Shown in pieces: positions 21,894 to 31,901 of a stretch of 50,369 bases of DNA (the stretch's first letter is position 1; every line of letters begins with the position of its first letter). The stretch comes from Psammoneis japonica (taxonomy: Eukaryota): NCBI GenBank assembly GCA_008632985.1, contig QPGO01000061.1, positions 372,001-422,369 of the forward strand. The letters run 5' to 3'. The notes beneath the pieces were generated by a model. It saw only the letters and a list, made by a program, of their open reading frames with translations, searched no databases and was not told the origin of the DNA. The position numbers were made by a program, and so were the translations under genes.

Positions 21894-23500
21894 CTATATT
21901 GAAATTCGTACAACGGCCTTTTGGTTTGCCAGAGTGTAGTCGATTCGGAGAAATTTCACTCTAAGGTTGCGACCGCCAAATCCCACCGTGTACGTGTGAT
22001 CCTCAAACAACGCCGCCATGCGATACGAAGTCGAATAGGAGAGGCCTATCTTTTTCCTTGTAACCAGGACTTGGTTACCCCCGCCTTGAGTGCCGGAATT
22101 GCGACCCGCTCTCTTGTTGTAACTAACAAAGTACTCATATTCACTGTCGCCCTCCAGCCTAATAATGGTATTGAGACCAAGCGCTGAAAACGCAAGTTGC
22201 ATTCCAAACTCCAAAAAACCTACAATGTTGCCTTCCCAGTCTTGTCCCAACGGATTGATCGTGCGGTGGCCACCACGGTACCAGCCCAGTTCCCAAGACT
22301 TGACGGCGTTAAAGCACATGATTGGACCTTCGTCTTGATTGTAGGAAAAACCCATCATGCCGCTGCAATGCATGCAAACAAGAAAATTTTTAGAGTGTAA
22401 GAAAACGTTTGTTGAGTGCAAGAAAGAGCCTAATCAAAATGGAAACCCAGCTTCGATCCGCATACTGGTTGTTTCCAGATCCAGAGTGTGCGAGACCTAC
22501 AAGATTTACAAAAAGCAATTTGAGTACGGACAGGTCGATTAATAATCAAGAAAATCATTGACTTTGTAGCAAACGACATACCCCAGTTATGACCTATACA
22601 GGTATGATATAACCGAACAAAAGAGTGTGAGTGCGACAAAGTGAATTGGTGAAATGAAAAAAGATTCGTTACAGTATGGACATACCGATCTCATGCATGG
22701 CTGCACTTGGAGACAAGCACCAATTGTCATAGTATATAGATTGATACCACCCAACATAAGCATAGGCTGCGAAAAATGAAATCAAGAGCGTGAGCGTTAA
22801 CGCGAGATTCAAAAGACAAGAAATCACTGATTGAGAGACTCACCAATGAAGTCCTCCGTGCCCGTTCCTGGTGGTAAACAGAACATCACGTGTTCGTATC
22901 GCGACTGCAGTTGATTCGTAACCAAATCTGACTCCAATTGAGAGATTATCCTCTGTCGTACTTCATTCCTTTCTACTCCTACAACGTTGGTGTTGAGGTT
23001 TACCTTAATGACACCGTTGTTGATCTTTTTAGGGTTGTCATCCGCCGGAATTATCCGCACTTGTCCAATAGAGCAAGCTTCGGTTTGAGACTTGAAATTG
23101 AAGCAATCAGATCCAAAGCCAAAGAATTCATTTGCTAGATCGGACCTACTTGCAGAGCTGCTAGCGTCTGGCGCTACCACACAAACCACGAGAACCGTAA
23201 GATCCCCAAAACTTGGAACCCTCGGCATTGTTGCAATTGGCCACCATGGTGGTGTTGAAAATCAACATTTTCAGCACCACCAGCTCGTTGCAATCGGCGA
23301 TCATCATGACCGTGTTCAAACACGTTAACTCCATTATCACCGCCGAGGGTGTTGTGCAACGAAACTGTCGAGGCGTCTTCAAGATGTATCTTGTTCCCTT
23401 CAACTGTAGCTCCCGGGGCTTCCATTGTAGTTTCGCCACTGATAACTCCATGGCTCGTCACCCATTCCTAATTCAAGGAGTCCATTTGATAAAGTCGCGG
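21894..23500 (-). pseudogene. Gametolysin-like M11 metzincin metalloprotease, intron-containing, 5'-truncated and frameshifted
   Basis: Splicing exons ...22844, 22766-22686, 22593-22582 and ~22497-22450 gives AYAYVGWYQSIYYDNWCLSPSAAMHEIGHNWGLAHSG (HExxHxxGxxH). Then GMMGFSY...CFNAVKSWELGWY; RRL site in the prodomain; frameshift near 23205; non-canonical donor near 22450; cut off at ~23500. Confidence 0.8.
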
Positions 23501-23509
23501 GCTGAGCGT

Positions 23510-24110
23510 GGCTAATCTCGTCGTCTAGCCGTCACCGCAACAAGGACAATAGTCGGTTCATGGCTGCCAACAGCACGGAGTGGAATCGACTTATGGACAG
23601 GTCATTGTTAGAGATTCCATCACTTTTGGGCGTTCTGTTTCTCGGAATGGTCTGGGAAATATGGTTTGTATATTGGCGCGCAGCTGTACAACAATTCATT
23701 CGGGAGCAAAATGTTGGCCAAGCTGGCGTGTATGAATACAATGGAACAGCATCCAAAAGTTGAGGCAGTCCAATCGAACAGGCAATATTCCGGGTGCTGG
23801 TAGCCACTTTGGAACTTTTGTTTCACTCGATGAGATGGTGATGCATGTTCATGGCTGTTGGTTCTTTAGATGATGAGGCATTATTTGTGTACACTACTGT
23901 TCCGATTCGGCAATGGATGGGATACAATAAGTTGGTCAGACCGTTATCAGGTGAGCAACCATGCAATGGCTTTGGTATGGCGGTGTAATAGGATGCAAAG
24001 TGTTGATTTGTGTGAAAGAAACTGGGCAATCCAACAAATGATGGTACCGATGGCAATGGTCGTTTTGGTTAGTCGCTCTCCTTATCGAAGGAAGCAAGTG
24101 TGGCATTGTA
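23510..24110 (+). pseudogene. Decayed FG-GAP propeller remnant (homolog of 6720-7400)
   Basis: QNVGQAGVYEYNGT and colinearity with the remnant after gene A. Confidence 0.6.
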
Positions 24111-25327
24111 GCTGGATAAAATCCAAAGCACAAGACGGCGTTGCGGTTCCGAGCACCGGTGTGCGTACACCGTCAATGATAGAGGATACTTGGTGTTCCA
24201 ATAATGCCAATACAAAACCACCCCGCCACCAACCCGGAAACACTGCAACACAATTTTTTGGGGAAAGGGGGATTTGTGTAGTAGTATAAGCCAAAAACCA
24301 CAACATAACAACAACAAAAAAATACAATTCCATAATAAATCAAAACTCACATTAGCCAATGTGCGAATAGACATTTTGTCGTTCCAACGGAGGTTTATAA
24401 TGAAGGCTACAAAAAAAAAAAGAGTCCATACATTCCAATCACACCCGCCGCCATGACGATGAAATTCATGACAGAATTGGGATGACGAATGCCCGTATGA
24501 ACCAAACTCTAACTCCCGATTTCCCAAGTTCCCCACTAACGAAGAAAAAGTAGTACCGTAAAAAAAGTAACGACATGATCATGATGAGATTTTTCGATGC
24601 ATGATTCGATGCATGACGTCACACTTCCCGCGCAAAAACGGCCGGACGCAGAGCGACACCGATTGTTGTTGCATCTGCCGCGCCCCAACTGCTCAATTCC
24701 GCCGACGCAACAACACAGCCACAGCCCATTGGCATTTGCCCATGATGGACAAAGTGCATTCGTTAGCTACTTGCTCTTCCCGTGTCTTCCATTGTTGTTG
24801 TCTGTGTTTGTTGGCATAAAATCAGTGACCTATCGTAGGATACCATGAAAATGGAATTTGATTGGCTGAAACACGTCACACTTCCAGATGGGGCAATTCT
24901 ATTTTTCTCGGACGACCGTTGAGTTCACAATTTTCAATTGCGTACTGTACCTCACATTTTGCTGTTTCGAGCAACATCACCAGGACGATGTAAAAATCCA
25001 ATACGAAGGCTTGCAAGAGCAAAATGCATGATTCCTAAAATTTCCATAAAATCCAGATCTTCAAGGAATTAGAATTGGAGTCGGAGAGGCGTTAAATGCA
25101 AATTTCAAATTTCCAAGACCAATCACCGACAAACAAGAATGAATCGGTGCACAAAGCGCATAACCAAGCCTTGTGAGCGCTTGTGTATCATTATTTCGTC
25201 ACATTACACGGACTGAACTTGGAAACAAACACAAGCATCAGTGTAAAGATTGTTGAAAAGTACAACAACAACAAACAAAAGCAATTCGCAGCGGTCTCTT
25301 TCAACCGCGCCCGAATACGTCAAGATC

Positions 25328-28300
25328 ATGAACATCAAGTCCCTCCCTTCGCTGCGGCGACTGCTTCCCCTTTTTGCCTTATTCTGGGTATACCAACGCT
25401 TGCCAGTTGCAGACGCATCCTCTAACATCTTCCTCCGACAACAGAATCGCCAAGCCAATCTGTGCGACAACGCGACCGAACAAGTACTCGAGATTCTCGT
25501 CTTGGTGGAGCACACGGGTGCGCCCCTCAACGTGACAGATGCAGAGCTCAGTGCTCTTGAAGAGGCCTTTGCCACGACCTACAATCAGACCGCTAGAGAC
25601 TCATGCGGCAACGATGACGGCTTTCGAGTCATTGACAGCGTAACCATTGAAAGAGAAGTCACTTCTGGACTTACCGTTGGAGAAAACGCCACACGTCGAG
25701 TTGCAACAACGAGGCAAACGGATGATATTCGTGTTGAGTTTACCTATCTCTACAGAGTTTCCCTACGCTGTCTAGGGTGTACCAGCGATTCTCGACTTTT
25801 TTCCACTGTCGAAAATGGGACTAGAAGGGAAATGGAAGTAATCGACGACAATGTAGGCAACAGCCAAGAGAAAGATGAAGAATTTCCAGCACCAAAAGGA
25901 GGAGTCAAGGGATTGAAGCCAGACAGATCTTCATTGCTTACCAAAAAGAGTCCTGAAGAAGACCCCAAGGCCGGCATAGTTAAGCTACGCAAGCCCTTGA
26001 GAAGTAGCAAGTCCAAGCTTACCATTGACGAAGAAATTGATTTCTCTATCGAAGCTCGTCAAGATGAGGATCAGTGTCGATGTGTTGCTCCGTTTGCCGG
26101 AGAAATTCTCGATACATTCAACGCAGTCATTGAAGGATTAGTTACGGTCGGTATCCTCACCAATGTGGATTCGGCCGATGCCGTGTACGAGTTGGCGCCT
26201 ATCGATTGTGGCCTTGAAACCTTGTTTCAATCCGTTGTTTCGGTCACCCATACGGGCGATCCAAGTGCAATTACTCAAGGTGAAATTGTGGCGTTGCAGG
26301 TTGGCTATCGTGAAACGTACAACGGCTTAAATGCTTTGAATGGCGAAATTTGCGATCTTTTGTTCAGGGTGCTTGAAACTGTCGAGATCGATCCGAATCC
26401 CAGCGATACACTTTCGCCTACAGCACCTCCCACACTACCTCCTGCTGGAGGTGGCAGCCCTGTCCCAACTCGTGCTCCAACCCTTCCACCAACGCGGCCG
26501 CCAACTTCTGCGCCAACATTCGCCCCAGCAGGAGGACGACGTGTCTTCACGTATCTTTACAGAAGCACGGGTCGATGTAGAGGATGTTCCTCCCGGTCCA
26601 ACCTTTTTGATGATGTTAGCGGTGGGCGGCTACTACAAGAGTCATTGCAATGGCCGGTAGAACCAAGATTCCTTCAGACAAACAGCACCCTTAATGATAC
26701 TTGTTTCTGTCCGATTGATGCTGAACTCCGAGCGCCCGGTGAGGTAGAGTTTCAAAGAGAGTTCGAAGAGACAATTGAAATATTGAGGGAAAGGGGTGTC
26801 ATTCAGAGTGTTGATCCGAACGTCATTGTTGAAGATTTGGTGCCTGCTCCTGTCGTACCCACTCCAATAATCACCCCTGCTCCAAGTCGATTTTTTACCC
26901 CCTTTCCCAGTGCCTTGACGCCAGCTCCGTCTTTTGCAAGCACCCCATCTCCAACAACAGGTACGACTCCAGCTCCAACGGTAGCAACTACACCCGCTCC
27001 TACGACGGGTACGACTCCAGCTCCGACAGTAGCAACCACGCCCGCTCCTACGACGGCGACAACGCCAGCTCCGACGGTAGCGACCACACCCGCTCCTACG
27101 ACGGGTACGACTCCAGCTCCCACAGTAGCAACCACACCCGCTCCTACGACGGGTACGACTCCAGCTCCCACAGTAGCAACCACTCCCGCTCCCACGACGG
27201 TCACCACTCCAGCTCCCACAGTAGCAACCACTCCCGCTCCTACGACGGCCACGACTCCAGCTCCTACAGTAGCAACCACTCCCGCTCCTACGACGGCGAC
27301 AACGCCAGCTCCAACGGTAGCAACTACACCCGCTCCTACGACGGGTACGACTCCAGCTCCGACAGTAGCAACCACGCCCGCTCCTACGACGGCGACAACG
27401 CCAGCTCCGACGGTAGCGACCACACCCGCTCCTACGACGGGTACGACTCCAGCTCCCACAGTAGCAACCACACCCGCTCCTACGACGGGTACGACTCCAG
27501 CTCCCACAGTAGCAACCACTCCCGCTCCCACGACGGTCACCACTCCAGCTCCCACAGTAGCAATCACACCCGCTCCTACGACGGCCACGACTCCAGCTCC
27601 CACAGTAGCAAACACACCCGCTCCTACGTCGTCGACGACTCCAGCTCCAACGCCGTCGCTGATACCTGCTCCAACCCTGATGCCAACTCCAGCGCCTACG
27701 CCGTCACTGGCACCTGCTCCAACCCCGATTCCAACGCCAGCGCCTACGCCGTCACTGATACCTGCTCCAACCCCGAGTCCAACGCCAGCGCCTACGCCGT
27801 CACTGGCACCTGTTCCAACCCCGAGTCCGACTCCAACACTGACCCCTGTGACGCCATCACCCATAAGCCCAGCTCCGTCACGTCCTTCCGCAACTCCATC
27901 TTTGGCCCCAACTGCAATGTCACTTCCGACTCAATTTCCAAGCATGTCTCCATTTCCTACTAAAGCCCCAACTCAATGGCCAACCGAATCGCTAGTTCCT
28001 TCTATGGCGCCAACCACGATTATGGCTCCAACTCCACTTTTGCCTGACGTCCCTTGGCGACCACTGGGAAATGTCTTGAATGGCACTGGTGCATCAGATT
28101 TTTTTGGCTGGTCCGTTTCGATTTCAAAAGATGGAAACATAATGGCGGTGGGCGCACCTGGACCCAACACAGGCCCCGGTTATGCTGTGGTGTATCGATT
28201 TGACGAATCAGCCGATGAATGGACACAACTTGGTCAAGTGTTGACCGGTGATGCTGATAGAGACCGTTTTGGTGAGTCCGTGGCTTTGAATGGTGACGGC

Positions 28301-30334
28301 ACTGTGATTGCCATTGGAGCACCAGACTTCTCTGCTCCTTATGTTCTAGTCTTCGAATTAAATTCGAATGATCAATGGGATCAACGCGGGAATGACATTC
28401 CTGGGGTCACTAGAACTTCTTTTGGCACTTCTGTGTCGTTGTCAGATGACGGAGATATTGTTGCCGTTGGAACATTTTCTGGCGTTTTTGTTCGAATCTT
28501 TCAGTACACCAGTGTTGCCGGGTGGGGTCAACTGGGAGATGACATATCAGAGGGTGTCGATGGCTCCAGGTTTGGGATTTCAGTGTCTTTGAATGGCTTG
28601 GGAAACATTGTTTGCATCGGTGCTCCTCGCTACGAAGACGCAGGCGATGAAGTAGGCGCGGCATTTGTATTTGAATACGACGGTACATCATGGGAATTTC
28701 TAGGCAATCCAAATCCCATTCTAGGAAACTCCACGTTTCCCGAATTTGGACTTTCTGTTTCTCTTGCTAGCAATGGTCGGGTCATGGCTGCCGCCGGTTC
28801 AGGCGCTGCTGTTGTATATTTCTATTCAAGTGCGACATCGAATTGGAATACTAGCGAGATTTTCACCGCAGATGCTGCACAGGCGGTATCTCTTAGTGGA
28901 AATGGAAATGTCGTTGCAGTGGACAGCACTGGACCTTTAGGCGCGAATGAAGTTTCAATATTCCAATACGACGAAAGTACAGCAGAGTGGCCTTTAATCG
29001 GAGATCCTATAAACACCACAGATCGATTTGATTTTTTTGGAAAATCCATTTCATTGTCGGAGGACGGCAGCATCGTTGGTATTGGCGCACCGTTCAGGAA
29101 TGCCATTGGCTTGCGTGACTCTGGCTCTGCGTATGCATTCACCGTTAACCCTGCACCTACAACACCTGGTCCTACGCCGGAGCCGACGCCTTCAATCCCA
29201 CTTTTGCCCAACGTCCCTTGGCGACCAGTGGGAAATGTCTTGAATGGCACTGGTAAATTAGATCGTTTTGGCTGGTCCGTTTCGATTTCTAGAGATGGAA
29301 AGACATTGGCCGTGGGCGCAACGGAAATACCTGCTGGGCCCGACATAGGTCCCGGTTATGCTGTGGTGTATCGATTTGACGAATCAGCCGATGAATGGAC
29401 ACAACTTGGTCAAGTGTTGACCGGTGATGCTGATAGAGACCGTTTTGGTGAGTCCGTGGCTTTGAATGGTGACGGCACTGTAATTGCCATTGGAGCACCA
29501 GACTTCTCTGCTCCTTATGTTCTAGTCTTCGAATTAAATTCGAATGATCAATGGGACCAACGCGGGAATGACATTTCTGGGGACACTGGAACTTATTTTG
29601 GCATTTCTGTGTCGTTGTCAGATGACGGAGATATTGTTGCCGTTGGAACAGAGACTGGCGACTTTGTTCGGGTCTTTCAGTACACCAGTGTAGCCGGGTG
29701 GGGTCAACTGGGAGATGACATATCAGAGGGTGTCGATGGCTCCAGGTTTGGGATTTCAGTGTCTTTGAATGGCTTGGGAAACATTGTTTGCATCGGTGCT
29801 CCTCGCTACGAAGATGCAGGCATTAAAGGCGCTGCATTTGTATTTGAATACGACGGTACATCATGGGAATTTCTAGGCAATCCAAATCCCATTCTAGGAG
29901 AACTCACGGGGCCTCTATCCGATCTTGGGTCATCTGTTTCCCTCGACAGCAATGGTCAGGTCATGGCTGTGGCCGGCGTAGGCGCTGCTGTTGTATATTT
30001 CTATTCAAGTCTGACATCGAATTGGACACGTAGCGAGTTTTATACTGAAGCTTTCGATATTCCGGTATCCCTTAGTGGAAATGGAAATGTCGTTGCAGTG
30101 GGCGACAGAAACGCAATAGACGTGGATCAAGTTTTAATATTCCAATACGACGAAAGTACAGCAAAGTGGCCTTTAATCGGAGATCCTATAAACGGGACAA
30201 ATCCCAATGACTTTTTTGGAAGATCCATTTCATTGTCGGAGGACGGCAGCATCGTTGGTGTTGGCGCACCGTTAAGGGATGCAGATGGCTTGCGTGACTC
30301 TGGCTCTGCGTATGCATTCACCGTTAACCCTTAG
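25328..30334 (+). CDS. Secreted mucin-like protein C with two tandem FG-GAP propellers
   Basis: ATG 25328 (MNIKSLPSLRRLLPLFALFW...); N-terminal domain pair; TTPAPT stalk; propellers ~28055-29150 and ~29220-30331 ending SGSAYAFTVNP*. Confidence 0.88.
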   Translation: MNIKSLPSLRRLLPLFALFWVYQRLPVADASSNIFLRQQNRQANLCDNATEQVLEILVLVEHTGAPLNVTDAELSALEEAFATTYNQTARDSCGNDDGFRVIDSVTIEREVTSGLTVGENATRRVATTRQTDDIRVEFTYLYRVSLRCLGCTSDSRLFSTVENGTRREMEVIDDNVGNSQEKDEEFPAPKGGVKGLKPDRSSLLTKKSPEEDPKAGIVKLRKPLRSSKSKLTIDEEIDFSIEARQDEDQCRCVAPFAGEILDTFNAVIEGLVTVGILTNVDSADAVYELAPIDCGLETLFQSVVSVTHTGDPSAITQGEIVALQVGYRETYNGLNALNGEICDLLFRVLETVEIDPNPSDTLSPTAPPTLPPAGGGSPVPTRAPTLPPTRPPTSAPTFAPAGGRRVFTYLYRSTGRCRGCSSRSNLFDDVSGGRLLQESLQWPVEPRFLQTNSTLNDTCFCPIDAELRAPGEVEFQREFEETIEILRERGVIQSVDPNVIVEDLVPAPVVPTPIITPAPSRFFTPFPSALTPAPSFASTPSPTTGTTPAPTVATTPAPTTGTTPAPTVATTPAPTTATTPAPTVATTPAPTTGTTPAPTVATTPAPTTGTTPAPTVATTPAPTTVTTPAPTVATTPAPTTATTPAPTVATTPAPTTATTPAPTVATTPAPTTGTTPAPTVATTPAPTTATTPAPTVATTPAPTTGTTPAPTVATTPAPTTGTTPAPTVATTPAPTTVTTPAPTVAITPAPTTATTPAPTVANTPAPTSSTTPAPTPSLIPAPTLMPTPAPTPSLAPAPTPIPTPAPTPSLIPAPTPSPTPAPTPSLAPVPTPSPTPTLTPVTPSPISPAPSRPSATPSLAPTAMSLPTQFPSMSPFPTKAPTQWPTESLVPSMAPTTIMAPTPLLPDVPWRPLGNVLNGTGASDFFGWSVSISKDGNIMAVGAPGPNTGPGYAVVYRFDESADEWTQLGQVLTGDADRDRFGESVALNGDGTVIAIGAPDFSAPYVLVFELNSNDQWDQRGNDIPGVTRTSFGTSVSLSDDGDIVAVGTFSGVFVRIFQYTSVAGWGQLGDDISEGVDGSRFGISVSLNGLGNIVCIGAPRYEDAGDEVGAAFVFEYDGTSWEFLGNPNPILGNSTFPEFGLSVSLASNGRVMAAAGSGAAVVYFYSSATSNWNTSEIFTADAAQAVSLSGNGNVVAVDSTGPLGANEVSIFQYDESTAEWPLIGDPINTTDRFDFFGKSISLSEDGSIVGIGAPFRNAIGLRDSGSAYAFTVNPAPTTPGPTPEPTPSIPLLPNVPWRPVGNVLNGTGKLDRFGWSVSISRDGKTLAVGATEIPAGPDIGPGYAVVYRFDESADEWTQLGQVLTGDADRDRFGESVALNGDGTVIAIGAPDFSAPYVLVFELNSNDQWDQRGNDISGDTGTYFGISVSLSDDGDIVAVGTETGDFVRVFQYTSVAGWGQLGDDISEGVDGSRFGISVSLNGLGNIVCIGAPRYEDAGIKGAAFVFEYDGTSWEFLGNPNPILGELTGPLSDLGSSVSLDSNGQVMAVAGVGAAVVYFYSSLTSNWTRSEFYTEAFDIPVSLSGNGNVVAVGDRNAIDVDQVLIFQYDESTAKWPLIGDPINGTNPNDFFGRSISLSEDGSIVGVGAPLRDADGLRDSGSAYAFTVNP

Positions 30335-30459
30335 TGGCTAATCTCTTACCAGTAGTCTATAGTGTAGTATAAACATTTCAATTGTTTTTTATTGCGCTGT
30401 TTTCATTCACCGTCACCACAATCTAAACAATGGTTGTGTATCATGCAATAGTATGCAAT

Positions 30460-30890
30460 TCAAGGGTTGTGCTGCTATTATTTCTATTCAGGTGCGACAT
30501 TGCAATGGACACGTGTTCTATATATGGTATACACGGAAGCTAGTCTGCGTTTGAGTTTGCGTATGGTCCGACAGTAACTACCGGTGCTAGCTAGAGTGTA
30601 AATGTCGATGCAAAATGGGCAGCGCAGCGTTTTGAAGTTTAAACGTTTCAATACGACGAAAGTACAACAGACTTGGATTTAATCGGAGATCCTATAATTG
30701 GGACAGATCCAACTGGCCGTTTTGGAATATGAGTGCCATTGTCAGAGGACATTGTCAGAGAACGAAGCCATCGTTGGTGCTGCGGCGAAGCGATGCGTCA
30801 TGCGTCGTCATGCCTCCTGCGGCTGTTCGGTTCATTGAGCTCTTTTTTTTCTTCGAAAACGCAGTTCTTTCGACCGTTATCCTTGAATTC
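30460..30890 (+). pseudogene. Partial decayed FG-GAP blades in the 3' flank of gene C (homolog of 13370-13683)
   Basis: tttctattca.gtg.gacat.gcaatg, ctgcgtttgagtttgcgta, atcggagatcctataa and cgaccgt(c/t)atccttgaa are shared with the gene B flank. Confidence 0.7.
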
Positions 30891-31901
30891 ATTTTATTTT
30901 TAAAATAATTCATACATGAAGACAAGCATTTTGCGTATGACATTTATGTACAAAATTTCAAAAAACACCGCGCAATCAAGAGATGATGCCATGGGTCCAT
31001 CTGCCGTTGCAATCATTGCCTGCCATCAGAATCCGTGCTGCCGAGCGCCGCTGTGCCTTCAGAATTTGTTGTCCCTCCCCATCCATGTGTGGCACCAGGA
31101 GAGATTGCAGCCAGTGTTGAAGGTGTCTTGACACTCTTGTCCACCACCGTGTGCCCTCTGGCACAACCGATTTTTTGATGACCCCATCGGCAGCGTGGTT
31201 GAGGTGAGTTCCAGCTCTGGGTTGGACCTTGTGCTGCTGGACTGAGACATGAGAGTGTTCTGGTCATGCAGCTCTGCATGTTGTGTGGCATGTGCATTTC
31301 TGCACATGCTCTTTTGCAAAATTGCTTCGTGCTGTCGTGCTGCCACATCAGAGGCCGCAATGCAGTGTTGCTCACTTTCCTTTGGAAAATTTGGAACATT
31401 TATTTTGACAATTGTGTGCAAAAATTAGTGACAGTTCATTTGTTTTTTGACAGTCAATTTATGTTTGTCATTGCCATTTTATGTTGGCAATTGTTGCCGT
31501 TTCATTTTGCTTTTAAGTTGCCAAAGAATTTCAACAAGACCTTTGTTGTTGAACAATGCTTTTTGTTTTGATTAATTTTTCACACATTTGTGGAATCGTC
31601 AACTTTGACAGTGCTTTTCAACAGCTTCACCGCAGCCTTGCGTCACCACAGACAATGGCATTTCTCCCTCGCCCCCAGTCGGCCACGCAATCACCCAGAG
31701 GAACACCATCTCATTGTTTCCACCTGCACGCTCCAGTTGTCCAGTCAACAGGCCCCCACCTGCATTTTGGCACCTTTTCTGCATGCACAGTTCTCTGCCC
31801 ATTTCATGACAGCACACCCTCTCCCCAAAATGCTTTTGACGAGAGGGTGCACTGTCATGAATCCTGCACATTCTACGTGAATCGGCAACTGACTGTTGGC
31901 C

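Noticed and set aside
31199..31202. piggyBac assignment (TTGA as mutated TTAA)
   Set aside because: Related MITEs have CAGC and GGGG TSDs, and the termini lack the piggyBac CCY start.
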